This document shows positions 9,368-19,092 of a stretch of 64,000 nucleotides of DNA, in pieces. Below the pieces are notes generated by a model. The model was not told where the DNA came from and ran no database searches. It saw nothing but the letters and a program-made list of their open reading frames with translations. How positions within the stretch are numbered: the first letter of the stretch is position 1; every line of letters starts with the position of its first letter. The position numbers were made by a program, and so were the translations under genes. Source of the DNA: Gemmatimonadaceae bacterium (GTDB lineage Bacteria; Gemmatimonadota; Gemmatimonadetes; Gemmatimonadales; Gemmatimonadaceae); assembly GCA_044224875.1 (NCBI GenBank), contig JBGAJQ010000022.1, positions 1 to 64,000 of the forward strand. The letters are read 5' to 3'.

Positions 9368-11152
9368 TCAGTCTTTGGCGCTCGGTCGTGACGTCGAGAT
9401 AGCGGTTTTCAAGTGACCCCACTGGGAGAGCAATAACTGTCTGATGGCACCCTGAACACCGTGAGGCTCGTTCGCGAGCAACTCACCCTTGAGGTAGCGA
9501 GCGCGGACCTCCGCCCGGCGCAGCTTACCACTTGTCGTTTTCGGAAGGGTGCCTGCGGGCACAAGCTCAACAACGGAGACATTGACGCCGACGGCGTCGA
9601 GCAAGCGGCTCTGGATCTCTCCCGCGATCCTATTGGCGTCGGCATCCTGCTTGACCTCGGCTACGACAATAACGGACTCCGTGTCGGCCTCGCTTCCCGG
9701 GATGGAGAATGCGGCAACACTGCCGGCGCGCACGCCATCCACGGTCGCAGCCTCCCACTCCAAGTCTTGAGGCGCGCAGTTTCGGCCTCGCACAATAATG
9801 AGATCTTTGATGCGGCCACAGATGTGGAGTTGACCGTCCGCGAAGTAGCCGAGGTCACCTGTGCGAAGGTGTTGATTTTCGTCGACGAGTGATTTTGTCG
9901 CTTCCGGGGCGTCGAAGTAACCGTCCGTGACACTTGGTCCTGCGATCCGAATCTCTCCGATCTCGCGTTCCTTTCGCTCGGCCCCTGACTGTGGATCGAC
10001 AATTCGAATGCTGTGGCCGGAGAAAGCTGAGCCGCACGCAACGAGTTCTCGTGAAGGCGAAGTCGGGTTGGCTTCCGGACTCGCGCGCCGAAACGTTTCG
10101 AGGTTTACGGCTGCCACGGTGTCGGTTCGAACCCCACGGCCGAATGAGATCGCGAGGGAGCTCTCGGCCATTCCATAGCTGGGATAGAAGGCATCCAACC
10201 GCACTCCAACAGCAGCAAAGCGACTGGCGAAGTTCCGAAGCGTGTGCGGATTGATCGGTTCAGCACCACAACCGAACACGCGCACTTGCGAAAGGTCTAC
10301 TCCGTTCAATTCGGCGTCGCGCACGCGCTTGGTGGCGTACGCGTAGGCGAAGTTCGGCGCATATGTAATGGTTCCCTGATGCTCGGACAGCAGCTTGAGC
10401 CAGGACGCTGGCTTACTGGCGAACAAGGTTGGTGGCATGAGTGTGAACGGGATCTCGCTGTAGATCGGACACAAAACCATGCCGATCATGCCCATGTCAT
10501 GAAAGAGCGGGAGCCAGGAGACCACGTGATCCGGAGGGGCGACGCCGAGACCTTCGCGGACAATCGCCCAACAGTTGGCGGCGAGATTTCGATGAGTCAG
10601 CCGAACGCCCTTCGGAGCGGATGTTGAGCCTGAAGTGAACTGAAGCATCGCCAAGTCGTCGAGGCGCACCGGCGGCGGGGAATAGTTCGATGATGCACCC
10701 GTCAGGTCGGAGGAGGTGACGATGCCCTCGAGGCTTGGAGCCGCTTCGCGCAACGTGCCGCTCATTGCGCGAATGGACTTTGACGTGACGAGGAGCCTCG
10801 CTCGCGCGGTCGCCAGCATGCGCGCGGTGGCCTCGAGAAAGGCTCCGAGTCTTCCTATTCCTAACGGCGGAGCCAGCGGGACGGCGACTGCGCCAGCTAC
10901 AACAATTCCAAGGTAGGTGGTAACGAACTCTTCTTCCGAGGGCAGCACGAGACCCACCCGATCCCCGGGCTGGACTCCACGAGCCGATAGCGCGCCAGCG
11001 ATCTCCGTTGCCCGGTGGAGCAGGTCGCGGTAGGAGAGGTGACGTTCCTCGAGTCGTGAGCCGACGAAGGTGGCGCCATGCGACGTTTGCGCTGCGCGCG
11101 CTAGTGACGCTGGAATGGTGAGAAGTTCGGTCGCTTGAATTCCACTAGACAT
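9368..11152 (-). CDS. Fatty acyl-AMP ligase (FAAL)
   Basis: LQFTSGSTSAPKGV, SWLPLFHDMGMIG, YGMAE, LRTGDLG, GRIKDLII.RG.N, PKTTSGKLRR. ATG 11152 overlaps the desaturase stop; the ORF track starts at GTG 11176. Confidence 0.88.
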   Translation of the reverse strand: MSSGIQATELLTIPASLARAAQTSHGATFVGSRLEERHLSYRDLLHRATEIAGALSARGVQPGDRVGLVLPSEEEFVTTYLGIVVAGAVAVPLAPPLGIGRLGAFLEATARMLATARARLLVTSKSIRAMSGTLREAAPSLEGIVTSSDLTGASSNYSPPPVRLDDLAMLQFTSGSTSAPKGVRLTHRNLAANCWAIVREGLGVAPPDHVVSWLPLFHDMGMIGMVLCPIYSEIPFTLMPPTLFASKPASWLKLLSEHQGTITYAPNFAYAYATKRVRDAELNGVDLSQVRVFGCGAEPINPHTLRNFASRFAAVGVRLDAFYPSYGMAESSLAISFGRGVRTDTVAAVNLETFRRASPEANPTSPSRELVACGSAFSGHSIRIVDPQSGAERKEREIGEIRIAGPSVTDGYFDAPEATKSLVDENQHLRTGDLGYFADGQLHICGRIKDLIIVRGRNCAPQDLEWEAATVDGVRAGSVAAFSIPGSEADTESVIVVAEVKQDADANRIAGEIQSRLLDAVGVNVSVVELVPAGTLPKTTSGKLRRAEVRARYLKGELLANEPHGVQGAIRQLLLSQWGHLKTAISTSRPSAKD

Positions 11153-12125
11153 TTGTGGTGGCGACCCGAGGCTCACCTTCCATGCGCCGCCGAACGTAGT
11201 CCGGATGCTGAACGGCCCAGCGCTCGGCCGCGCGTTGTGAAAAGGTTCGCTGACAGAGGAGCTGCCCGGCGCGGTAATACCCGAACGGAAGGATATGCGC
11301 CTCGTCGTCGATCATTTGCTGCTTGAGGCGCTCATGCAGGTCCGGTAACACGCTCCAGTGTACGGTAGGGTGCGCGTGGTGTTCGATGTGATAGCCAATG
11401 TTGAACATCGTCAGGTTGAACGCGCGCTGCACGAACGTGTTCGAATGTCGGTAGGGATGTTCCTCGGTCTCAGGCTCGCAGTCCGCATGTTGTGCGTACA
11501 TGCCGGGCCCCATGACCATGGCGTTGGCGACCCACGCGGGGAAGAGCCAGAGGCCAAGCGCCATCTGGAAGTCAATCAGGAACGGAACGGCAAAGATGGC
11601 GAGGAATATCGCCAGCTCAATCAATGCCCGGCGACCGACGTCCGGTCCCCCCCTATTTGTAGTAAAGTCGCGAAAGAGATGCTTGGCGTACCGAAACGGC
11701 CACGAGGCGATCGCATACCAGTACGGATTCTCCCAACTACCGTCGCGACGTCGATACGGAAGTGTCCAGTCCGAATCGTGTAGCAGATCCGCGTGGTGAA
11801 CCGTGACGTGCGCATGCTCCCAGTACATGGAAGGCCAGCCGCCGGACACGGTCCAGAACCGACCAAACCAGCGATTCAGCCACGGTGAGTTGAAAACAGG
11901 TCGGTGCACATGGTTGTGAAAATTCACACCGACGTTGATTCCAGAGCACCAGCCGAGCATGAGTCCCGCCCCAGCCATGAAGGCAAGGCGCTGACCAGTT
12001 GTTTGGACCCCAGAGACATCAGGATGCAGGTAGAGCCAGAACGCACTCAGGTACGCGACAACGAGGACGAGCTGGAAGACTACGCAATGAATGTCTTCAG
12101 GCCTCTTCAGTATCCGATTGGACAT
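11145..12125 (-). CDS. Membrane fatty acid desaturase / acetylenase-like
   Basis: Three His boxes: HNHVH, HVTVHH and HIEHH (NIGYHIEHH); TM helices; ATG 12125 (MSNRILKR). Confidence 0.88.
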   Translation of the reverse strand: MSNRILKRPEDIHCVVFQLVLVVAYLSAFWLYLHPDVSGVQTTGQRLAFMAGAGLMLGWCSGINVGVNFHNHVHRPVFNSPWLNRWFGRFWTVSGGWPSMYWEHAHVTVHHADLLHDSDWTLPYRRRDGSWENPYWYAIASWPFRYAKHLFRDFTTNRGGPDVGRRALIELAIFLAIFAVPFLIDFQMALGLWLFPAWVANAMVMGPGMYAQHADCEPETEEHPYRHSNTFVQRAFNLTMFNIGYHIEHHAHPTVHWSVLPDLHERLKQQMIDDEAHILPFGYYRAGQLLCQRTFSQRAAERWAVQHPDYVRRRMEGEPRVATTNV

Positions 12126-12129
12126 GTTG

Positions 12130-12294
12130 TTAGCCCATCCTTGCGACGACGCGCCAAAGGACGTAGGCCAAAGCGAGCGTGATCCAAGGTCCCCACCAGA
12201 CGACCCCGACAATGATTAAGAGTGCTGCAATGGGGAAGAAGGACCTTCCGAGGAGGGTGGCAACCCCCCCTGTCCTTGTTCGACGGTTACTCAT
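12130..12294 (-). CDS. Small membrane protein (54 aa)
   Basis: MSNRRTRTGGVATLLGRSFFPIAALLIIVGVVWWGPWITLALAYVLWRVVARMG; stop lies 4 nt before the desaturase ATG. Confidence 0.6.
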   Translation of the reverse strand: MSNRRTRTGGVATLLGRSFFPIAALLIIVGVVWWGPWITLALAYVLWRVVARMG

Positions 12295-12668
12295 GGTTAC
12301 TTGTAGGAACGTGGGCAGCCAAGCGGGCGGACGAAATCCGACGCGTGACTCCGATCCACGGCGTCGCTCACCGTCCGATCTCCACGTGCCGAGGTCACGC
12401 TTGATCGCGGCCGTTTTGAGGCCCAAACGACGGCCATCAGATGCTTCTCGCTCGAGCCGGATGTGCGGGGACCTACACCCTGATCGAAGGCGACCTGGTT
12501 CATGCCGCTGCTGCGAGTGGTCATTGGCCAGCGGAGTTACGGGGTAGTGGCGACGTAGTTGCAGCCGGCCAGCGCACGACGCCTGAAGGGGGACCGCCCA
12601 TTGAGGAGGCTGCCGTGCAAAGAGCATACCGGTCTTTGAGGCTCACGGTGGGACTGCCTAAGTCGACG

Positions 12669-13223
12669 CTAGAGCCGAGTCTCCACCGTTGACCAAGGTT
12701 CCACAAACGCGACACCCTGCTCGATACGTTCGATCGCGACGTCTGCGCCGGATGGGATGACGCTGGAATCCACGCTCTGTGCCGGGATCGTAACCGCTTG
12801 GCCGTTAACTTCATACGTAATCGCCCCGCGTCCGTCTGGGCCTATCGCGGTCGCCACTCTTCCTGGGGTGCCCTGCAGTGCGTAGCGAGGGTCCTCCGGT
12901 GCGGCCAAGGCGGAAGGAATAGCCCAGCGGGTCACCAGTGCTGTCGCCGCGACCGCGCCACAGGCACCGGCTCCGGCAGCTACCAGAAAGACAAGCACCC
13001 TGCCCAACGAGCTATGCGAGGCGAGTTCATAGCCGACGATCCCGGCAGAGAGGAAGGCCGCGGCGAACGCCAGCCTGAAGACCGAAATCCGAAGTTCAGG
13101 GAGTTCACGGCCAAGCTGGTCAACGGCTGGATTCCTCGCGTCCCGCCGTTCGACGCCTCGCCACATCGTGACAGCACCGATAGCGAGACCGACGAAAAGG
13201 AGAGACAAGTACAGAGCTACCAT
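12669..13223 (-). CDS. NfeD-like membrane protein
   Basis: Three TM segments, then an OB-type C-terminus G.V...I...G.G.I.YEVNG...A.S.....I..G..V.I.RIE.GVA.VEPW. Confidence 0.75.
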   Translation of the reverse strand: MVALYLSLLFVGLAIGAVTMWRGVERRDARNPAVDQLGRELPELRISVFRLAFAAAFLSAGIVGYELASHSSLGRVLVFLVAAGAGACGAVAATALVTRWAIPSALAAPEDPRYALQGTPGRVATAIGPDGRGAITYEVNGQAVTIPAQSVDSSVIPSGADVAIERIEQGVAFVEPWSTVETRL

Positions 13224-13368
13224 TCGATGTGTTTCACTGGGGTGTGGGGTTTACCGGGACGAAATTCACGTCGCGGCCGCGCCCGCACGTCAATCGCACC
13301 GCCGCTACCTCAGCCCTCAGCGCTTAAGCTGTTAGCCAAGCCGTGACGGACACGATAGACGCGTGCGT

Positions 13369-14376
13369 CTAGGATGCGGCGCGCGCGACCGGACTCTTTA
13401 GCGACTCAAGGCAATTTTCCATGAACCCAATGACCCGTTCTTCCGCGTAAAATCGAGATCTCCAGGGAACGGTACCCGCCACGAACCCAACGTGCCCGCC
13501 CTTCTTCGGAAATTCGCAAACCAGCGAAGGGTTCTTTTTTGCGATGCGCAACACTTCATCCAAGACTTCCGGGGGATGAAACGGGTCGTCTCTGGCGGAG
13601 AGAAGAAGAGTTGGGACTCGGATGGCGTCAAGAAAGCGTATGGAACTGCAGCTCGAGTAGTAGTCAGCTGCATCGCGGAAGCCGTGGACAATCGCTGTGA
13701 AAGCGTCGTCGAGAGACCAAATAGAATTGGCACGTCGAACGGCATCGACCGAAGCGATCCCGGGATGTTGAGCGATCTTCGCCAAGGCCTTGGGCTTCAT
13801 GGTGCGCAGGAAGTTTCGCGAATACATCCGCGACGCCCCTGTGTCGATTCGCTGACAGGATCGAGCCAGGTCGAACGGCACTGACAGTGCCACGGCCGCG
13901 AGTATGTTCGCTCCGTGGTTTGCGCCCTGTTCGCCAAGCCACTTCAACAAGAGGTTGCCGCCCAGCGAGATGCCACACAACACGAGCGGTGCATGCGGAT
14001 ACGTCTGCTTCACGTGTGAAAGCGCCGTGTCGAACTCTTCGGAATCACCGGCGAAATAGAATCGCGGCGCCCGATTCATCTCTTCGCCGCAGCCGCGATT
14101 GACCATGACGTCCACGCCCCAGTTGCGCGCAGCAGCTGCCTTTGCGACGGCCGTGACGAACTCCGACCGGGCGGAACCTTCGAGCCCGTGTAGCACGACC
14201 AAGCGAGGAGCTGACGGCTGAGCATGCAGGCGCCAGACATCGAGAAAGTCCCCATCGGGCGTCTCGATTCGCTCCGAGACCATGGGCACGTCGAACCGTC
14301 GCCGGAAGAACTTCCCCCAGAGTGTTTGGGTGTGACCGTCTGGCAGCCACCAAGCCGGAACGTACTGATCGCTCAT
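13369..14376 (-). CDS. YheT-family alpha/beta hydrolase
   Basis: PAWWLPDGHTQTLW, HGLEGS, GISLGG nucleophile elbow, DDPF, GGHVGF; ATG 14376. Confidence 0.9.
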   Translation of the reverse strand: MSDQYVPAWWLPDGHTQTLWGKFFRRRFDVPMVSERIETPDGDFLDVWRLHAQPSAPRLVVLHGLEGSARSEFVTAVAKAAAARNWGVDVMVNRGCGEEMNRAPRFYFAGDSEEFDTALSHVKQTYPHAPLVLCGISLGGNLLLKWLGEQGANHGANILAAVALSVPFDLARSCQRIDTGASRMYSRNFLRTMKPKALAKIAQHPGIASVDAVRRANSIWSLDDAFTAIVHGFRDAADYYSSCSSIRFLDAIRVPTLLLSARDDPFHPPEVLDEVLRIAKKNPSLVCEFPKKGGHVGFVAGTVPWRSRFYAEERVIGFMENCLESLKSPVARAAS

Positions 14377-14464
14377 GAGTGTAGATTCGGGCAGCGGACA
14401 AAGCTGGCCTGCTTCATGGCATGGAGCACCTCTCATGCCAAATGTACGGTGCAAAGGAATTCCG

Positions 14465-14821
14465 ATGGCGATTGAAGTGCAAGTTTTCGGGACTCGCAAA
14501 GACGCCGAAACGCGAAAGGCGCTGAGATTCTTCGCCGAGCGACGGATCAAGACACATTTTGTGGATCTGGACGAGCGGCCGGCAGCGATTGGAGAGCTGC
14601 GGCGTTTTTCACAGAAATTCGGGGTGGCCGCCTTGATCGACCGCGATGGCCGCCGGTCCGCGGAGTTGGGTCTCATGCACGCGTCGTACTCCGACGATCG
14701 CTGGTTGGAGAAGTTGAGCGCAGAACCCGGGCTGTTACGCACTCCGCTGTGCCGATGCGCCAATCGACTAACCATTGGTTTAGCCGAGGATGAGTGGGCG
14801 ACCTGGCTGAAACCGACATGA
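14465..14821 (+). CDS. ArsC/Spx/YffB-family thioredoxin-fold protein
   Basis: VQVFG.RK...TRKALRFF.ERRI, ELRRF, P.LLRTPL; no N-terminal Cys. Confidence 0.8.
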   Translation: MAIEVQVFGTRKDAETRKALRFFAERRIKTHFVDLDERPAAIGELRRFSQKFGVAALIDRDGRRSAELGLMHASYSDDRWLEKLSAEPGLLRTPLCRCANRLTIGLAEDEWATWLKPT

Positions 14822-14901
14822 CTAGGCCGAACGGTCGATATCGGCACCGGCGAGGACGGCACGTGCGTCTTTCAACGGGGGCCTGAACCATCGACACCAC
14901 C

Positions 14902-15891
14902 TTGTGGGCCTGGGGCGGCTTTCTGGCGTTCGTCGGGGTGATGCTCGCCCTCGATCTCGGCATCCTCAACCGAAACGCGCACATCGTCAGCGTGCGCGAG
15001 GCCTTGATGCTGACGGGCGTCATCACGGTCTTCGCCGTCAGCTTCAACGGTCTCGTCTGGTTTGCCTACGATCAGCACTGGCTTGGTCTCGGCGCGTACG
15101 TGGATCGAGTCGATGGACAGGTCAATACCGGTCGGCTAGCGGCAGTGAAGTTCTTCACGGGCTACCTGATCGAGTTATCGCTCAGCGCGGACAACGTATT
15201 CGTGATCGCGATGATTTTTTCGCACCTTCGGATCCCGCCCATCTATCAACACCGAGTGCTGTTCTGGGGCATCCTGGGTGCGCTCGTTATGCGTGGAGCG
15301 ATGATCGTCGGTGGTGCGACCCTCGTGTCGCGGTACCACTGGGTGCTCTACCTATTCGGGGCGTTTCTGCTGTTCACGGCGTTCAAGATGTTTAGAAGCA
15401 ACGATGCCGAAACACTGAACACGGACGAAGCCTTCGTCATCACACAGCTACGAAAGATCTTCCCGATCACCGGCCGATTCGACGGTGCACGCTTCGTGAC
15501 GCGCATCGATGGCGCGAGAGTGCTCACTCCACTGGCCATAGCGCTGGTATTGGTCGAGTCCATGGACCTGCTGTTTGCCCTGGATTCGATTCCAGCGACG
15601 TTCGCGATCACGACGGACCCATTCCTCGTCTTCACAAGTAACGTATTCGCCATCCTTGGGCTGCGGTCCTTGTACTTTGTCCTGGCTGGAATCATCGAGA
15701 AGTTTCGGTACCTCAAGGCCTCGCTGTCGGCCATTCTGGGCTTGATTGGCGCGAAGATGTTGTTGGCGGACGTACTGAAGGACTATATCGGGCCGAGCTT
15801 CAACTTCTATTTGCTCGGCCTCGTGGTCGCCATCTTGTTGGCGGGAGTGTTGGCTTCCATGCGCGCCGATCGGCGCCGGGGCCCGTCGTAG
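14902..15891 (+). CDS. TerC/Alx-family metal homeostasis membrane protein
   Basis: FFTGYLIELSLSADNVFV, QHRVLFWGILGALVMRG, DLLFALDSIPA, FTSNVFAILGLRSLYF; start uncertain. Confidence 0.92.
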   Translation: MWAWGGFLAFVGVMLALDLGILNRNAHIVSVREALMLTGVITVFAVSFNGLVWFAYDQHWLGLGAYVDRVDGQVNTGRLAAVKFFTGYLIELSLSADNVFVIAMIFSHLRIPPIYQHRVLFWGILGALVMRGAMIVGGATLVSRYHWVLYLFGAFLLFTAFKMFRSNDAETLNTDEAFVITQLRKIFPITGRFDGARFVTRIDGARVLTPLAIALVLVESMDLLFALDSIPATFAITTDPFLVFTSNVFAILGLRSLYFVLAGIIEKFRYLKASLSAILGLIGAKMLLADVLKDYIGPSFNFYLLGLVVAILLAGVLASMRADRRRGPS

Positions 15892-15895
15892 GTCC

Positions 15896-18082
15896 ATGTT
15901 GGCGCTGGTCCTTGTGTTGCAGCTGCAAACGGTCGGGCCGGCATACTCCACCCCGGAGCTCCGCGCCTTGGTGGAGCGGGCGGCCGACAGCAACCGGCAT
16001 GTCCCACGTGGCATTCGCGGCTATGAAGCCTCCGTTGAAACCGAGGTCGCCGTCACCATCCGTCAAGGCCAACATGTGGAGGCACCGGTTTCGCTTGAAC
16101 AGCTGGCATCACACGTTCGATGGAACCATCCGGGAGACTTCGACCAGCACGTCATCGGGGATCGACTACAGGCGGTGGGCCCGCAACTGACCGCACTCAC
16201 CTTCATGCAGCAATCACTCCTGGTTCCGCATCTCTACGGCAACAGCCTTCAGGTGTTGTTTGGCAGGGATCAACCACAACGCACCAAGGGGCGGCGCAAG
16301 CAGGAGATCACCGCGGTGCATCCGTTAGGCGCGAATCGCGAACGGACATACGTGTTCACTGGGGGCGACACCGTCGAGACCATGGTGCTCGAGTCGCGTC
16401 GCATTCCGGTGGTGCGTCTGACCGTGAAACCGCGAGAACACTTGCAGGCCCGGACCGTGGTGTTCAACGGGGAACTGTTTCTGGACGCTACCAGGGCACA
16501 CCTCGTGCGAATGCGCGGTCGCATCTATGCAACAGATGAATCGCGTGGGCTCGTGGAACGCGCCGTGATGATGGGCGTCGAAGGGGCCCTGTACGTGGAG
16601 CTCGAGAATCAGGAAGTGGCGCAGCAATTCTGGTTGCCAGCGACCCAGCGATTCGAGGCGCAGGTACTGTTCCGTGTGTCCAGCGATACGCGGTCTGTCT
16701 TTCGAGCCACGTCGACGTTCCGGAAGTACTCGATTGCGGGCGACTCAGGATTCGTTCCCTCGGACGCGGACACGCTGGAGGCACGCGTGCATCGCTTGAG
16801 TCTGGCGCCACGCGACTCGATTGAGAGGTTTGCCGAGTGGGAGCGCCCGTTAGGCGCTGCAACTCTGCACGAGCGCGCGGAAGACTTCGATGATGTCGCG
16901 CCCGAGCAATGGAAGGTGACGGGGCCGCCGCGCGTCGACTTGCGCTTCCGTCGGTATGCAGACCTGGTGCACTTCAATCGCGTGGAAGGGTGGTACACAG
17001 GACTTGCCGTCGAGGCAAATGCGCGGGATGCGGCTCCGGGCCTGAAAGCGATCGCGTCAACGGGGCGGGCGTGGAAGGAGGAGACATTCCGCGGGCATGT
17101 GGGCGCCGAGTGGTTGAAAGGGCGGCACGCGTTTGCGCTCGGATGGAGCCGAACGTTGGACAATACGAACGACTTCCGTGCGCCACTGGACTCTGGTTCG
17201 ACTCTGGGAGCGCTATTCGGTCTTGATGACTACGACTACGTGAGCCGCAACGCGCTCTCTGGTACATGGAGAACGGAGTGGAACCAGAGCCAACGGCTGG
17301 TCTCGACTCTGCAGCTCGCGCGCGTGCGGGACGACACGGTGACGGCCAGGGTGGCGCGAAGTCCCCTTGGACTTGGGTCGGACTTCCGGGCGAATCGGGG
17401 AGCGACGAGTGGCGCCTACACACGAGGTACCGCGACGCTAACCGTGAATCCTCGCACGACGCTCGGCTTCATTCAGCCAGGGCTCGGGGCGCTCGTCAAT
17501 CTTCAGGTGGGTGTTGGTGCGTTCGAGTATCAGCGGCTGGAAGGGCGTGGGATCGCTCGCTGGCACGATGGGAAAACCACACTCGCCGGTCGGCTTGATG
17601 CGGGGGCAGTCTGGGGCCGCTCCCTTCCGGCACAACAACTCATCGAGGTTGGTGCCGGGCAGAATCTTCTAGGTTACGACTACAAAGCATTCGTGGGAAA
17701 CCGAGCGGTGGTCGTACGCGGAATGGCGATGCGGTCCCTTCCTTTCCTAGGCGCCCCTGTGCGAGCCACGCCACGGCTGCTGTTGCCGGCTCCCACGCCG
17801 TCCGTGGTCGTGAGCCTTCAGGCCGGATGGGTTGGTGTTTCGGGAGACGCGGCAGAGAGGGCGCAGCGGGTCCTGATGACCTCAATGCCGGACGTGACCA
17901 ACCAGGAGTACTGCGCATCGGGCGCTAGGCCATACGAAGTGGGCCGCCCGACTTGTCGCTGGAGAACCTCAGTTGGAGTAGGCATCCGCTTCTTCGGAGG
18001 AGCGATCGGTGTGGATGTCGCTCGACCTGTCGATCAGAAAGGCCGTTGGCGCGTTCAGCTGGGACTCGGTCAGGTCTTGTGA
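15896..18082 (+). CDS. Outer-membrane beta-barrel protein with periplasmic N-terminal domain
   Basis: Short signal peptide, FNRVEG motif, amphipathic strands, L.GYDYKAFVGNR loop and an Omp85-like C-terminus (SVGVGIRF...VDVARP). Confidence 0.65.
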   Translation: MLALVLVLQLQTVGPAYSTPELRALVERAADSNRHVPRGIRGYEASVETEVAVTIRQGQHVEAPVSLEQLASHVRWNHPGDFDQHVIGDRLQAVGPQLTALTFMQQSLLVPHLYGNSLQVLFGRDQPQRTKGRRKQEITAVHPLGANRERTYVFTGGDTVETMVLESRRIPVVRLTVKPREHLQARTVVFNGELFLDATRAHLVRMRGRIYATDESRGLVERAVMMGVEGALYVELENQEVAQQFWLPATQRFEAQVLFRVSSDTRSVFRATSTFRKYSIAGDSGFVPSDADTLEARVHRLSLAPRDSIERFAEWERPLGAATLHERAEDFDDVAPEQWKVTGPPRVDLRFRRYADLVHFNRVEGWYTGLAVEANARDAAPGLKAIASTGRAWKEETFRGHVGAEWLKGRHAFALGWSRTLDNTNDFRAPLDSGSTLGALFGLDDYDYVSRNALSGTWRTEWNQSQRLVSTLQLARVRDDTVTARVARSPLGLGSDFRANRGATSGAYTRGTATLTVNPRTTLGFIQPGLGALVNLQVGVGAFEYQRLEGRGIARWHDGKTTLAGRLDAGAVWGRSLPAQQLIEVGAGQNLLGYDYKAFVGNRAVVVRGMAMRSLPFLGAPVRATPRLLLPAPTPSVVVSLQAGWVGVSGDAAERAQRVLMTSMPDVTNQEYCASGARPYEVGRPTCRWRTSVGVGIRFFGGAIGVDVARPVDQKGRWRVQLGLGQVL

Positions 18083-18087
18083 ATTGT

Positions 18088-19044
18088 CTAGAACTCCCCC
18101 ACGAATCCGATTTCAGGCTCTAGGTTCTGTTCGAAGCGCTCGCGAACTCTCTGCTGCGCAACGGTGATCAAGGCACGCACGTCAGCGGCTGTCGCCTGAC
18201 CGAGGTTCACGATGATATTCGCGTGGATATGTGAGATCTGTGCATCGCCAATGCGAAAGCCCTTGAGTCCGCACTGGTCGATCAAGCGGCCAGCCCCGAC
18301 GCCCTCGATCTTCTTGAAAATGCTCCCTGCGCTTGGGTGAATCTGCAGCCACGGGTGGCGGGCGCCACGCCAAGCGAGGTTTTCCTGAAGCACGCGATGG
18401 AGGTCTGCGGTGTCGGCGCGCGTTAGGCGTAAGGTTACACTCAGCGCCACGTCGCGGCGGGTGTGCAGTACGCTCGTGTCATACCCAAAGCGCATGTATG
18501 CCGCATCGACGGTTTGGCGGGTGCCCTCTTCCGTTAATAGTTCACATGCCTGCACGACCTCGGCGATAAACATGGTCCGCTCGCGTGCCGGCGCCGGCGA
18601 CAGGAAGTGTAGGTTCTGCCAAACGGCGCCACCCATGGTGCTCGGGATCCCGATGTAGTGCTCGAGACCGGACCAGCCGTCGGCGACGGTCGCCAGAATG
18701 ACGTCACCCACGATGGCACCGCTTTCGGCGACCAGGGTACCATCGCGGCCGATCGAGAATCGACGGGCCATGTTGCGAATTACCACACCGCGGAAGCCGC
18801 GATCGCCGACCAGGATGTTCGCGCCGAGCCCGAGGACGAAATACGGGGCGCCAACCTGCCGAGCGAGACGTACGGCGTTTGCCAGGTCGTCTGCCGACGT
18901 AGCATCGTAGATTAGGTCGGCGGGCCCTCCGATTCGAAACGTGGTGTAGGGCGCCATCGATTCGCGTGTCCGCAGATGAGCTGCGTGCAGCTGCCGGAGA
19001 GCCTCTTCCTGAAAGGAAACTACCGCGTGTTCAAGCTTCGACAT
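18088..19044 (-). CDS. murB: UDP-N-acetylenolpyruvoylglucosamine reductase
   Basis: YTTFRIGGPAD, LG.GANILV.D.GF.G, GIP.TMGGA, PSAGSIFK, AGRLIDQCGLKG, HANIIVN, LEPEI; ATG 19044. Confidence 0.93.
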   Translation of the reverse strand: MSKLEHAVVSFQEEALRQLHAAHLRTRESMAPYTTFRIGGPADLIYDATSADDLANAVRLARQVGAPYFVLGLGANILVGDRGFRGVVIRNMARRFSIGRDGTLVAESGAIVGDVILATVADGWSGLEHYIGIPSTMGGAVWQNLHFLSPAPARERTMFIAEVVQACELLTEEGTRQTVDAAYMRFGYDTSVLHTRRDVALSVTLRLTRADTADLHRVLQENLAWRGARHPWLQIHPSAGSIFKKIEGVGAGRLIDQCGLKGFRIGDAQISHIHANIIVNLGQATAADVRALITVAQQRVRERFEQNLEPEIGFVGEF

Positions 19045-19092
19045 AGTACGCGTAAGAAACACGTCGTCTGGCGTACGCGCCAGCGCCAACGG

